Assembly (NCBI GenBank): GCA_965199825.1
Contig: OZ241329.1
Location: forward strand, 2,112,001-2,176,000
Direction of reading: 5' to 3'
Source: Bdellovibrionales bacterium
GTDB lineage: Bacteria > Bdellovibrionota > Bdellovibrionia > Bdellovibrionales > UBA1609
Length of the DNA stretch: 64,000 bases
The notes under the pieces are model-generated. The model did no database searches, was not told where the DNA came from, and saw only the letters and a program-made list of their open reading frames with translations. The translations under genes were made by a program, and so were the position numbers. Below, in pieces: positions 9,782 through 20,650 of the stretch (position 1 is its first letter; each line of letters begins with the position of its first letter).

Positions 9782-12700
9782 TTGGCCTATCAGCCCCAGA
9801 ATGCCATTCGTATTGTGACTGCAGCGGCACTGTTTGATGGGCATGATGCCGCGATCAATATTATCCGTCGGGTCCTCCAAGACCTTGGGGCTGAGGTGAT
9901 TCATTTAGGTCACAATCGTTCGGTTCAGGATGTGGTTGATGCGGCTCTTCAAGAGGGGGCCCAAGGTATCTGTGTGAGCTCTTATCAAGGGGGCCATATG
10001 GAATATTTTAAATATATGAGAGATTCCCTCAATCTTGCCGGTGCCGACTATGTGCAAATTTATGGCGGCGGTGGGGGCGTGATTGTCCATAAGGAAAAAG
10101 CCGAGCTTGAGGCTTACGGAATCGCCCAGATTTTTCATCCTGATGATGGGCGTCGATTGGGTTTAGAAGGAATGATCGAATCAATTTTAAGAGGATGCGA
10201 TTTTGATCTTTCAAAAAAAGTTTTAAAAAATCCATCCTCGATGACTCAGCTCGGATTTGATCTCACAAAAATCGAAAATGGGACTCTTGAGCCCAATCTT
10301 AACGTAAATAAAAAAACATTAGTTTTAGGCATCACCGGAACCGGCGGGGCTGGCAAATCCTCATTGATTGATGAGCTGGTGTCCCGATTTTTAAATACCT
10401 TTGCCGATTTTAAAGTGGGTGTGATTTGTGTAGACCCCACTAAGAAAAAAACGGGTGGGGCTTTACTCGGCGACCGTATTCGCATCAACAGTCTCTCGCG
10501 TCCGAATACCTTTATGAGATCGGTGGCCTCACGTCATTCGGGCAACGAGATTGCCAATGCCTTGCCAAAAATTTTGAGCCATATGAAGAGCCTTGATTTT
10601 GATTTGTTGATTGCCGAGAGCTCTGGCATTGGGCAAGCGAGCAGCGGGATTGTGGATGTGTCTGATTTTTCGCTCTATGTGATGACTTCCGAATTCGGGG
10701 CTCAAAGCCAACTCGAAAAAATCGATATGATTGATTACGCCGATTTTATTGCAATCAATAAAGCGGATCGACGAGGGGCCGAAGACGCCTTTCGTGATGT
10801 GGTCAAGCAGTACAAACGCTCGCGAAAAATATTTGATCTCCAATTTCAGGCTCCGGTTTTTTTAACCCAAGCCTCCAACTTTAATGACCACGGTTTAAAT
10901 CTCTTGTTTTATGCCTTGTGTGAAAAATTGGGCCTTCAGGTTGAAAATCAAATCGAGGGATCGCAAAAACGTCTTATCGTACCGAGTGGTCGCCAAAATT
11001 ATTTAGGCGAAATCGTAAAAACGGTGCGGGATTATAAATCAGAAACCCATCGACTTCAAAAACAGGCAAAGTATTTGGAAGCCTGTGACGAACTTAAAAT
11101 TGAAGCCGAGCTGTACAAAGATTTTCCATCTCAAATATTAAATGAACTCAAAAACTTCAAAGATCTTCAAAAAAAATATTCAAGCCAAAGTTTAAGTTAC
11201 CATGTTCGCGAGCAAAAAATTGAGCAGTCTCTAACAAAAAAAAGTCTGAGTGGAATCGAAATCCCTCGGGTTGTGGTTCCTCGGCTCACATCGTGGGTCG
11301 ATCGGCTTCAGTTTTTACGTCTTGAAAATGTGCCAGGTGTATTTCCATTTACCGCCGGAGTTTTTCCACTTAAAAAAACAGATGAAGATACAGGCCGACA
11401 GTTTGCGGGTGAGGGGCCACCGGAGCGCACCAACAAACGGTTTCATTATTTGTCTCAAGACCAAAAATTCAAACGCCTTTCGACCGCTTTTGATTCAGTG
11501 ACTTTGTACGGTCAAGATCCTGATGAACGCCCCGATATTTTTGGCAAAGTGGGCGAGAGTGGTGTGAGCATCTCGACACTTGAGGACATGAAAAAGCTTT
11601 ATCAAGGATTTGATCTGTGTGACCCGTTAACAAGTGTCAGCATGACCATCAATGGGCCAGCGCCAATGATTTTGGCTTTTTTTATGAATACCGCAATCGA
11701 TGCCGAAATCGAAAAGTCGCAAAAACAACTGGGACGACCTCTCAACCAAACAGAATTAGTTGAGATCCAATCGCGAGCTTTATCACAGGTGCGTGGAACG
11801 GTGCAGGCCGATATTTTAAAAGAGGATCAAGGCCAAAATACCTGCATCTTTTCAATCGACTTTGCCTTAAAAATGATGGGCGATATTCAAGAGTATTTTG
11901 TGAACAACAGTATTCGCAATTTTTATTCGGTCAGTATTTCGGGTTATCATATCGCAGAGGCGGGGGCGAATCCGATCACCCAGTTAGCGCTGACTCTGAG
12001 CAATGCCTTTACCTATATCGAATATTATCTTTCGCGCGGCTTAAAGATTGATGAGTTTGCACCCAATCTTTCATTTTTCTTTTCTAACGGACTTGATCCC
12101 GAATACATGGTGATTGGCCGTGTGGCCAGACGCATTTGGGCGATCACTTTGCGCGATAAGTATAAGGCGTCAGAGCGCTCACAAAAACTCAAATACCATA
12201 TTCAAACAAGTGGACGAAGCCTGCACGCCCAAGAAATTTCTTTTAATGATATCCGCACAACCCTTCAGGCTCTTGTTGCCATCAACGACAACTGCAATTC
12301 GCTTCACACCAATGCTTACGACGAGGCGATCACCACACCGACCGAGGAGTCGGTGCGCCGAGCTCAAGCGATTCAATTGATCATCAATAAAGAGTTCGGA
12401 ATGACGATCAATCAAAACCCTTTTCAAGGAAGTTATTTTATTGAGTGGCTCACCGATCAGGTTGAAGAAGCTGTGCTTAAGGAATTTGATGCGATCAGCG
12501 AGCGCGGCGGGGTTTTAGCCGCGATGGAAACCCAATATCAGCGAGCCAAGATCCAAGAAGAATCGTTATATTACGAAATGCTAAAGCACGACGGCTCTTT
12601 ACCCATTGTGGGGGTCAATACTTTTGTTGATCCCAAAACTCTCGATTTAAATTATCAGCCTCCACCGATCGAGATGGCGCGGGCGACTTTAAAAGAAAAA

Positions 12701-12901
12701 CAAGATCAGCTCAAAGCCACTCGGGAGTGGAAAGAGCAGCACCTTGAAAAGAGCCAGGAGGCCTTTGATCAACTCAAAAACTCGGCCCTGCATGGAGAAA
12801 ATATATTTGAGAGTCTGCTCAAGGCTTCAAGAGTTTTGACTCTGGGCCAGATGTCCGAAGCCCTTTACGAGGTCGGTGGGCAGTACCGAAGAAATTTATA
12901 A
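9782..12901 (+). CDS. icmF: fused isobutyryl-CoA mutase / MeaI GTPase (IcmF)
   Basis: N-terminal B12-binding DGHDA, P-loop GTGGAGKSS, NKAD, C-terminal mutase barrel with RQFAG (Phe specificity residue), HIQTSGRSL. Confidence 0.9.
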   Translation: MAYQPQNAIRIVTAAALFDGHDAAINIIRRVLQDLGAEVIHLGHNRSVQDVVDAALQEGAQGICVSSYQGGHMEYFKYMRDSLNLAGADYVQIYGGGGGVIVHKEKAELEAYGIAQIFHPDDGRRLGLEGMIESILRGCDFDLSKKVLKNPSSMTQLGFDLTKIENGTLEPNLNVNKKTLVLGITGTGGAGKSSLIDELVSRFLNTFADFKVGVICVDPTKKKTGGALLGDRIRINSLSRPNTFMRSVASRHSGNEIANALPKILSHMKSLDFDLLIAESSGIGQASSGIVDVSDFSLYVMTSEFGAQSQLEKIDMIDYADFIAINKADRRGAEDAFRDVVKQYKRSRKIFDLQFQAPVFLTQASNFNDHGLNLLFYALCEKLGLQVENQIEGSQKRLIVPSGRQNYLGEIVKTVRDYKSETHRLQKQAKYLEACDELKIEAELYKDFPSQILNELKNFKDLQKKYSSQSLSYHVREQKIEQSLTKKSLSGIEIPRVVVPRLTSWVDRLQFLRLENVPGVFPFTAGVFPLKKTDEDTGRQFAGEGPPERTNKRFHYLSQDQKFKRLSTAFDSVTLYGQDPDERPDIFGKVGESGVSISTLEDMKKLYQGFDLCDPLTSVSMTINGPAPMILAFFMNTAIDAEIEKSQKQLGRPLNQTELVEIQSRALSQVRGTVQADILKEDQGQNTCIFSIDFALKMMGDIQEYFVNNSIRNFYSVSISGYHIAEAGANPITQLALTLSNAFTYIEYYLSRGLKIDEFAPNLSFFFSNGLDPEYMVIGRVARRIWAITLRDKYKASERSQKLKYHIQTSGRSLHAQEISFNDIRTTLQALVAINDNCNSLHTNAYDEAITTPTEESVRRAQAIQLIINKEFGMTINQNPFQGSYFIEWLTDQVEEAVLKEFDAISERGGVLAAMETQYQRAKIQEESLYYEMLKHDGSLPIVGVNTFVDPKTLDLNYQPPPIEMARATLKEKQDQLKATREWKEQHLEKSQEAFDQLKNSALHGENIFESLLKASRVLTLGQMSEALYEVGGQYRRNL

Positions 12902-12962
12902 TCAGATATCATCAAATTTACATAACAAAGATAATGCTACTCACATCGCGCCTCTTTGATTC

Positions 12963-14807
12963 ATGATGCGGTCTGTGGCATCGACAATTTTTAAATTTTT
13001 TGGCCAAATTCGTTCTATCCGTGTCCACCTGATCTCACAAATTGCTTTTTTGGCTCTGATTGTTTGTGTGATTTCGGTTTTTATTAGCCAACTTAATCAA
13101 ATTGAAATTGAAGCGGCGATGCTCGCCAAAAAAAATCCTCAAGCTTTGACCGTGTTAACAATGGCCCAAACCTCCTTGGTGTCTTGCGGAATTTTACTTA
13201 GTCTTTTTACATTTGGGGTGATCTTTTTTTCGCGCCGGCAAAGATTTTTTATTCGTTCGCTTGAACTCGACCGCGATGGATGGATGCTCGCTTTTGAAAG
13301 CATGGGCGATGCGGTGATTGTGGTCAATCACCTGCGGCGGGTGGAGCTGATCAACACGGCAGCACAAAAGCTCACCGGTTGGCCCCTCACACAAGCCAAG
13401 GGTCAACTTTTGGATACACTTTTTCATGTTATCTCTGAATCCAATCGTGCGCCTTACCAAGATCTTATTTCACATGTGTTAAAACAAAAAAAACCGATCT
13501 CGGTGATCGATAAACTTATTTTAGTGAGTCAAAGGGGCCAAGAATTTTTAATCGATTTAACACTTGCTCCGATGACTCTGCCTTCGGGTGCAATCGTTGG
13601 AGTGGTGCTCGCATTTAGTGATGCCGGCGAGCGCCGAAAAGAGCGCGCCCAACTGGTCGCAAGCGAGCAGCGGTATGAAAGTCTAACCAATCATGTGCCC
13701 GCACTCTTGTGGACATCCAATGCCAATCAAAAATTTGATTGGTTTAATGATGCTTGGTTTGAATTTACCGGGGCTTCGAAATCGATTGATCCCCATCAAG
13801 CTTGGGAGCTTGCGGTCAAGCATGCCGATCGCTTACATTATTTAAGTCTGACTCGTGCGGCCTATATCAATCAGATCGACTACGAGGTGGAGTATCAGAT
13901 TCGGCAGTGGGATGGGTCTTTGCGCTGGATGGTCGATCGCGGAACACCCCGGCGCGGACTTGACCATGGCTTTTTGGGATTCACCGGATCATCGGTCGAT
14001 ATCACAAACCGCAAAGAGTATGCGATCAAACTTGAAAATTTAGCATCCGAATTGACTGTGGCTTTAAAAGCGCGAGAAACTTTTTTAACCATCGCCTCAC
14101 ATGAATTAAAGACCCCTTTGACCGCTTTAAAACTTCAGTTGCAGATGACCGAGCGAGCACTCAAAGCAGGACCGGATCTCAAACAGCAAAATGTTTTTCA
14201 ATCCGTCAAACTCTGCCTCAATCACACCGACCGCTTAACGGGTCTGATCGAAGAGTTGCTCGACGTGGCCCATATTCAAGCCGGCGATTTGCATCTGTAT
14301 CCTGAGAGGGTCGATTTTGTAGCACTGGTTCAAATGCAGATCAAAAAACATCAGGATGCATTTAAAAATGCGGGCTGCACGGTGAGTGTTGATGCCCCTG
14401 AGAATTTATTTTTGAACTGTGATTCTTTTCGAATGAAGCAGGTTGTGATTAACCTCTTAAGCAATGCTTTAAAATACGCGGCCCATTCGCCCATACACAT
14501 CCGTATTTATAAAAAGGATCAGTATGCGTTATTTGAAGTTCAAGACGGCGGGGCGGGGATCAGTAAGGATAAACAAGAATTAATTTTTGGTCGTTTTGAA
14601 AAAGCGATCGAAGAGCGTGAAGTGGGAGGCCTTGGTCTTGGGCTTTATATTGTACGCCAAATTCTAGAAGCTCATGGAAGCCGAATCGAAGTCGAAAGCG
14701 ATATCGGCAAAGGAACCAAATTTACGGTGATGATTCCTCTTCATTTTCAATTTGAGTCTGATCACATTCCCGACAATTTATCAGAAGGTTTAGCAAACCA
14801 GATATAA
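12963..14807 (+). CDS. membrane-bound PAS/PAS sensor histidine kinase
   Basis: Two TM segments, two PAS domains, H-box SHELKTPL, NALKY, GLGLGL; no receiver domain. Confidence 0.88.
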   Translation: MMRSVASTIFKFFGQIRSIRVHLISQIAFLALIVCVISVFISQLNQIEIEAAMLAKKNPQALTVLTMAQTSLVSCGILLSLFTFGVIFFSRRQRFFIRSLELDRDGWMLAFESMGDAVIVVNHLRRVELINTAAQKLTGWPLTQAKGQLLDTLFHVISESNRAPYQDLISHVLKQKKPISVIDKLILVSQRGQEFLIDLTLAPMTLPSGAIVGVVLAFSDAGERRKERAQLVASEQRYESLTNHVPALLWTSNANQKFDWFNDAWFEFTGASKSIDPHQAWELAVKHADRLHYLSLTRAAYINQIDYEVEYQIRQWDGSLRWMVDRGTPRRGLDHGFLGFTGSSVDITNRKEYAIKLENLASELTVALKARETFLTIASHELKTPLTALKLQLQMTERALKAGPDLKQQNVFQSVKLCLNHTDRLTGLIEELLDVAHIQAGDLHLYPERVDFVALVQMQIKKHQDAFKNAGCTVSVDAPENLFLNCDSFRMKQVVINLLSNALKYAAHSPIHIRIYKKDQYALFEVQDGGAGISKDKQELIFGRFEKAIEEREVGGLGLGLYIVRQILEAHGSRIEVESDIGKGTKFTVMIPLHFQFESDHIPDNLSEGLANQI

Positions 14808-17800
14808 AGTGTTGGAAGCAAAAAGAACGCAATAAATAAATCTGCTACGAGTCCACCCACAATCACGATCGCCATCGGGCGCTGCGAATCGGATCCAATC
14901 GCATGCGACAATGCCGCAGGAATTAAACCAAAGGTCGCAACAAGTGCGGTCATCATGATCGGTCTTAGTCTTAAACAGGAGCCTTCAACCACCGCTTGCT
15001 CAATCGACATGCCTTGAATCCGCATTTGGTTAATGTAAGAAACCAGTAACACCCCTGTTTGGATCGAAACTCCAAACACAGCCAAAAATCCAATTCCGCT
15101 TGAGACACTAAAATTAGTGCCAGTGATAAAGAGCGCCATCACCCCACCAAAACGGGCAATAAGCACATTGACCATAATTAAACTCGCCCACTTGAAAGAA
15201 TTAAACACCAAATACAAAAGTAAAAAGATGGCCAAAACCGTAATGGGAATCACAATCGCAAGACGAGCCTCGGCTCTGCGTTGAGATTCGAATTCACCAC
15301 TCCATTCGAGGCGATAGCCTGGGGGAAGTAGAATTTTTTGTTTTACCATCTCTTGAGCTTCTTCAATGGTTGATCCTAAATCACGGCCGCGCACACTAAA
15401 CTTAATAGGTATAAGCCTGCCGTTGCCGGAGCGATAGATCATCGAGGCCCCATCATCGGTTTTAATTTCTGCAAGCTCTTCGAGCGGGATGCGGTAGCCA
15501 TCGGGTGTGGTCACCGCGATCCGCTTAATCTTTTCGATGGTGTCGCGGTATTGGGGCTGATAGCGGACCACCACATCAAACCGCTTTTCACCATCAATCA
15601 CTTGCGAGGCGACTTTACCACCGACTGCGGTTTCGATCACATCTTGCACATCTGAAACATTTAAGCCGTAGCGAGAGATTTTATCACGATCCACTTGAAT
15701 ATTGACGTTGGGTTGGCCAAGAACCGAGAACACGCCAAGATCTTGTACGCCGCGAACTTTGCTCAAAACATCTTTTATTTGTGCCGCTTTTGCGGTCAAA
15801 GTTTTTAAATCTTCGCCAAAAATTTTGACCACGAGTTGGCCTTTTACTCCTGACATCATCTCTTCCACATTGTCTGAAATCGGTTGCGAAAAATTCCAGA
15901 TCACACCAGGAATATTTAAAAGCTCTTGGCTCATATCGGCAATGAGGGCTTCCTTAGTGGGATATTGTTTGCGCCATTTGTTTCGTGGTTTTAAATCAAC
16001 ATAGCATTCGGTATTAAAAAATCCTGTGGCATCAATCCCGTCATCGGGCCGCCCCATCTGGCAAACCGTGATGGGCACTTCATCAAACTTCATCAAAATC
16101 GCCCGCGCTTTTTTGACCACATCATCTGCGGTAAAATAAGAAGCGCTCGGTGGAAGTGTTCCGCGCACCCAAATACTTCCTTCATCAAGATGCGGTAAAA
16201 ATTCTGAACCGATCAGACCACCAAAAGCCAAAACCAAAGTGATCAAAAATAAAACAGCCGAAACCCCGATCACCAGCGGCCTTCGCGGAAGTGTCCAAGT
16301 CAGAGAGCTGCGGTACATTTTTTCGAGTCGATGCATAATCGGGTTATGCCATTCTTTGAGCTCACCCTTCATAAAGTAGGAGCACAAGACCGGAACGATG
16401 GTAAAAACCAAAAGCAAAGAACTTAATAGTGCAAAGGCGACGGTCCATGCCATCGGCGCAAAAAGCCGGCCTTCGATTCGCTGCAAAGTAAAAATCGGCA
16501 TATAGGCAAGCACGATAATCAAGACCGCATAAAAAATCGGCCGACCCACTTCGTGAGTGGCGGTGGTGATTAACCCAATCAGATCTTCGTCTTTTGTTAA
16601 TCCCTTTAATTTATTTTCATGTTTGTGGCGAAAAATATTTTCGACCATAACCACTGCGCCATCAACGATCATTCCAAAATCAAGAGCACCTAATGATAAA
16701 AGATTGGCCGGAATTTTTTTGATATCAAGAAGGATCGAAGCAAATAAAAGTGAAAGCGGAATTGTTACCGCAACAATCATTGCACTTCTAAAATTACCAA
16801 GAAAAAAGAGCAGGATCACGATCACGAGGATCATTCCCATTGCCAAATTTTCTTCGACTGTTTCGGTGGTGACGTGAATCAAATTTGAGCGATCTAAGTA
16901 AGGTTTGACCCGCACATCTTTTGGCAGGTGGCGCTCATGAATGGTTTTTAATTTTTCGTGTATGCGTTCAAGGACCGCATCATCGGTTTCTCCGGTGCGC
17001 GAGAAAATCACACCTTCCATCACTTCATCGCGGTCATCAACAGTGCCGTCAGGTCGATGCTCAGCCATCGAAATTTTTCCGAGACGAACCTTTGAGCCAA
17101 TCGTCATTTCGCCTAAGTTTTTTACCCGCACAGGGGTTCCGCTTTTTTGGGCAACAATCACCTGACTTAAATCTTTGGCGGTTTGTGCGGTTCCAATTCC
17201 ACGCACGTTAAAGGCTTGCGAGCCTCTAAAAATAAAACCCCCACCGGAATTTTGATTGTTGGTGGCCAAGGCCTGAACCACCTGTCCGGTGGAGAGTCCA
17301 TAGTTTCCAAGGGCTGCGGGATTTAATAGAGCTTGGAATTGCTTTACCATTCCACCAAAACTTGCCACGTCGGCAACTCCCGGAATTTCGCGCCAGCGTT
17401 TTTCAAGTTCCCAAGTTTGAATTTCGTTGAGTTCCATGGGGCTGCGTTTGGAATCTAAAATGTACCAATAAATTTGTCCAACAGGGGAGGACATCGGCCC
17501 CAAGGTTGGGATGACTGTGGTGTTGGGCATTTGGGCTTGGGGTAATCGCTCGATCACATAAAGCCGCGCCTCGAACGGTTTTGTTTGTTCATCAAAAATC
17601 AGAGTGACCACCGACAAACCAGGAAGACTCACTGATCTGACCGACGTGCGATGGGGCACGCCGTTTAAAACAATTTCGAGTGGCACCGTGATTTGGCGCT
17701 CGATCTCTTCGGCCGCATGACCCTCCCACTGAGTGATCACCTGAACCCATGTGTCTGCAATATCAGGATAAGCTTCGATTGGTAAATTGTGAAAAGAAAG

Positions 17801-17884
17801 AATGCCTACAAGGGTGAGGCCCACTGCACCGGCGAGCACAAGGATACGATTATCCATCACCGCCGTAATAAATTTATTGATCAT
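14762..17884 (-). CDS. czcA: CzcA/CusA-family heavy-metal RND permease
   Basis: LPIEAYPD, GALDFGMIVDGAVVMVEN, RLRPIMMT, QRPMAIVIVGG. Confidence 0.88.
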   Translation of the reverse strand: MINKFITAVMDNRILVLAGAVGLTLVGILSFHNLPIEAYPDIADTWVQVITQWEGHAAEEIERQITVPLEIVLNGVPHRTSVRSVSLPGLSVVTLIFDEQTKPFEARLYVIERLPQAQMPNTTVIPTLGPMSSPVGQIYWYILDSKRSPMELNEIQTWELEKRWREIPGVADVASFGGMVKQFQALLNPAALGNYGLSTGQVVQALATNNQNSGGGFIFRGSQAFNVRGIGTAQTAKDLSQVIVAQKSGTPVRVKNLGEMTIGSKVRLGKISMAEHRPDGTVDDRDEVMEGVIFSRTGETDDAVLERIHEKLKTIHERHLPKDVRVKPYLDRSNLIHVTTETVEENLAMGMILVIVILLFFLGNFRSAMIVAVTIPLSLLFASILLDIKKIPANLLSLGALDFGMIVDGAVVMVENIFRHKHENKLKGLTKDEDLIGLITTATHEVGRPIFYAVLIIVLAYMPIFTLQRIEGRLFAPMAWTVAFALLSSLLLVFTIVPVLCSYFMKGELKEWHNPIMHRLEKMYRSSLTWTLPRRPLVIGVSAVLFLITLVLAFGGLIGSEFLPHLDEGSIWVRGTLPPSASYFTADDVVKKARAILMKFDEVPITVCQMGRPDDGIDATGFFNTECYVDLKPRNKWRKQYPTKEALIADMSQELLNIPGVIWNFSQPISDNVEEMMSGVKGQLVVKIFGEDLKTLTAKAAQIKDVLSKVRGVQDLGVFSVLGQPNVNIQVDRDKISRYGLNVSDVQDVIETAVGGKVASQVIDGEKRFDVVVRYQPQYRDTIEKIKRIAVTTPDGYRIPLEELAEIKTDDGASMIYRSGNGRLIPIKFSVRGRDLGSTIEEAQEMVKQKILLPPGYRLEWSGEFESQRRAEARLAIVIPITVLAIFLLLYLVFNSFKWASLIMVNVLIARFGGVMALFITGTNFSVSSGIGFLAVFGVSIQTGVLLVSYINQMRIQGMSIEQAVVEGSCLRLRPIMMTALVATFGLIPAALSHAIGSDSQRPMAIVIVGGLVADLFIAFFLLPTLYIWFAKPSDKLSGM

Positions 17885-18982
17885 TTAACTTCCTGTTGAA
17901 CTTAAAACTCCATCTAAAAGGAGTGCTCCGTCTGAGACAATCTCATCACCATCTTTTATTCCATCCACAATGGCAGTCATGTTTTGTCTTTCCGGTCCTG
18001 GAGTGACCGAAACTTTTTTAAACACAACTCCACCTTCTTTGCCCTCGATGGTTTTTTCGGTTTGTCTGCGAAACACAAAAAAGTTATCCGCATCACGCAC
18101 CAAAGACATCGTTGGTACCAGCAAAGCCTTTCGGTCGCTAATGGTCACGCCACCTTGCACATACATATCGGCGCGCAAGTAACCCTCAGGATTATCCATC
18201 AAGGCTCTAAATTTTATGCTGCGAGAACTGGGGTCAACAATCGGACTAATAAACGAAACCGTTCCGTAAACGGGTTTACCCAAGCCTTCTACCGTAATCA
18301 TCACGTTTTGACCTTTTTTAACTTTTGGCAAATCCTCTGGATAAATGTCGCCGCTAAACCAAACCTTGCTTAAGTCCCCAATGGTAAAAAGGGTGTCGCC
18401 CACATTCACAAAGTTGCCCAAGGTCGCCCCTTTGGCCACTATGACGCCCGAGCGTGGAGCCCTAATATTTAAAAAGGCTTCCTTGGTGTTTTGCTCGCTT
18501 AAATCATTGATATCGAGATGACTCAGTCCGAGCACTTCTAATTTTTTTCGCGACATTTGGGCAAGGTTTGCAAAGTCAGAGGGATCAGAATTTTTAAACG
18601 AAGTTTTCGATTGGCGCAAAGCTTGAACATATTCTTCTTTTGCCGCCACAAAATCAGGGCTAAACAAAGTCAGTAAGAGTTGGCCCTCCTTAACAAATTC
18701 GCCAGAGGCAAACTTGATGCTCTCGATTCGGCCGGTCACTCGTGCGGGTACAACCGTTGTGCGATCTTCGGTGATACTGATTTTGCCAGACACATGAAGC
18801 TGTTCTGGAAAATCAAGAACCTGGGCTGTGGCGAATTTTAAATTGTTGAGCGCATTTTTTTGCACCAATAGGGTTGACTCATCCATCCGGCTCACAGGCT
18901 CCACAAAAGTGCGACGAACGGTGCATCCGAAGATTGAGACCAAACCACAACACCCAATCCATAAAATTTTCGACTTTAACAT
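17885..18982 (-). CDS. RND periplasmic adaptor (CzcB/CusB family)
   Basis: Lipoyl/barrel-sandwich pattern (ARVTGRI, IRAPRSGVI, DLSKVW); likely start ATG 18982 after SD GGAGG. Confidence 0.85.
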   Translation of the reverse strand: MLKSKILWIGCCGLVSIFGCTVRRTFVEPVSRMDESTLLVQKNALNNLKFATAQVLDFPEQLHVSGKISITEDRTTVVPARVTGRIESIKFASGEFVKEGQLLLTLFSPDFVAAKEEYVQALRQSKTSFKNSDPSDFANLAQMSRKKLEVLGLSHLDINDLSEQNTKEAFLNIRAPRSGVIVAKGATLGNFVNVGDTLFTIGDLSKVWFSGDIYPEDLPKVKKGQNVMITVEGLGKPVYGTVSFISPIVDPSSRSIKFRALMDNPEGYLRADMYVQGGVTISDRKALLVPTMSLVRDADNFFVFRRQTEKTIEGKEGGVVFKKVSVTPGPERQNMTAIVDGIKDGDEIVSDGALLLDGVLSSTGS

Positions 18983-18983
18983 T

Positions 18984-20231
18984 TTAAAGATCCTCCCCCA
19001 CAAGCTGTCCATAGGCCGCATAGGTATTGTAGTAACTCACAATCGATGACACATAATTTTGTTTGAGCGTTCTTCTCATGGTCGCAGTGTCAGAGAGTCC
19101 TTGAAAATCAATTTTCCCTGAGCTGTAGCTAATCAAAGCAATTCTTAAAGATTGCTCAGCCATCGGAAGCATATGGCGCTCATAATTATCGATCTTCTTC
19201 TCGAGTGCACTTAAGGTATTCAAGGTTGAGACCAAATTATTTTTGGATTGCACAAAGGTAGAATCAAGGTTGGCATCGGCCGCAGCCCGATCGGCTTTTG
19301 CACTTAAAATGGTTTGTCGCTCGCTAAATAAAAACCATAGTGGAATATTCATCTGCACACCCGCCATATAAGTGTGATCGATGGTAGGATCCACTTGCGA
19401 AGTGGGCGCAGCTCCGGGTGTTCGATAAAAAGTTGTGCCTGCGGTCAATTGAAAATCAGGAAGGAGCTGCATCCATGCCAATTTATAGGAAGAGTGGGCG
19501 GATTGAAGTTGTTTTCGCGCAGATAAAATTTCTGGTCTTTGGGCGAGCATTTTTTTGTAACTCAACTCTCGATCGGGCAGTGGCTTTCGAATCATCTGAA
19601 TCGGCTCGACCTCAAAATCTTTTTCACCCGAAAAGTGCAAAAGATTGCTCAGCTGAGTGCGTGCGGTATTTTCGGCGGCTTCAAGATCCATCAGATCATT
19701 TTCATTTTGAAGCGACTGCACCTGAGCATTCAGAAAGTCGACTTGAGAGGCCGCACCACTTTCATAGCGGCGCTTAGCGATTGATAAAATACGCTCATAA
19801 GAAAGTTTTTGATCTTGATTGAGCTCAATGTTTTTTCTGGCAAGAGAAAGCTGATAGTAGGCTTGTTTTAAATTAAACAAAACTTGAAGTCGAAGCGACT
19901 GGGCTTGATAGGCAAAGGCGTCTTTTTGCTGCGACAATGCCGAGTAATTCAAAAGAGCTCGACCCGGAAATCCAAGTGGTTGGGTGACCTGATAGACGGT
20001 GCTGGTGGCCGATCCCAGATTGTAGCGATGGGTTAAATCATTGGAAATAATTTGAACTTGCGGATCGGCTGGCGCAAGCGCCAACTTTGATTTGGCATTG
20101 AGCGACTCAAACTGATTTTGAATCTGCTTGAGTTCGGGGCTTGTTTGAAGCACCAATTCCTTTGCGCGCTCAATACTTAAAACTTGTGAAAATCCAACAA
20201 CACTTAAAAATAACAATCCCCACACACCCAT
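18984..20231 (-). CDS. TolC/CzcC-family outer-membrane efflux protein
   Basis: OEP repeats (AYYQL, RRYESG, YSSGKIDF); first gene of the efflux operon. Confidence 0.85.
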   Translation of the reverse strand: MGVWGLLFLSVVGFSQVLSIERAKELVLQTSPELKQIQNQFESLNAKSKLALAPADPQVQIISNDLTHRYNLGSATSTVYQVTQPLGFPGRALLNYSALSQQKDAFAYQAQSLRLQVLFNLKQAYYQLSLARKNIELNQDQKLSYERILSIAKRRYESGAASQVDFLNAQVQSLQNENDLMDLEAAENTARTQLSNLLHFSGEKDFEVEPIQMIRKPLPDRELSYKKMLAQRPEILSARKQLQSAHSSYKLAWMQLLPDFQLTAGTTFYRTPGAAPTSQVDPTIDHTYMAGVQMNIPLWFLFSERQTILSAKADRAAADANLDSTFVQSKNNLVSTLNTLSALEKKIDNYERHMLPMAEQSLRIALISYSSGKIDFQGLSDTATMRRTLKQNYVSSIVSYYNTYAAYGQLVGEDL

Positions 20232-20267
20232 GGCATTAAGTGTGAACTTAAAACCAGGGGGCTGTCA

Positions 20268-20603
20268 CTAGCTGTTGTGTTCGGGGTCTCGCAGTGGAGG
20301 TTTCACTTCTGAAATCGAACGCACATACCACGTCTCAGATCCCACGGTTTCAAAATCCTCGAGCAAACTTGTGCCTTCAAAACAATAGTAGTGACTCGAA
20401 GGACGTTTGGTTTCGAGTTGTTTTGCAACGTCTTCGGTCACCGGAATAATGCTGATGGGATTGTGCATTCGAGTGCTTGATCGCTCGACATAAAAAGAAT
20501 GTCGGTTGTGCTTGCTGTCGTAACTGGTGATCACGTTGGCGCACAACTCATCGGCAAAGCCCTTAAGTGGCAAAAAACAAATCAGAGCAAACACGATTTT
20601 CAT
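20268..20603 (-). CDS. small secreted hypothetical protein
   Basis: Signal peptide ending GFA, SD GGAGG, upstream sigma54-like motif. Confidence 0.6.
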   Translation of the reverse strand: MKIVFALICFLPLKGFADELCANVITSYDSKHNRHSFYVERSSTRMHNPISIIPVTEDVAKQLETKRPSSHYYCFEGTSLLEDFETVGSETWYVRSISEVKPPLRDPEHNS

Positions 20604-20631
20604 AGTTTTAATCCTCCGAGTCCTTTAACCT

Positions 20632-20646
20632 TCAACAGCTGTGCCA
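20632..20646 (-). promoter_or_regulatory. sigma54-like -24/-12 promoter
   Basis: TGGCAC-AGCTG-TTGA (GA instead of GC at -12). Confidence 0.55.
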
Positions 20647-20650
20647 GACC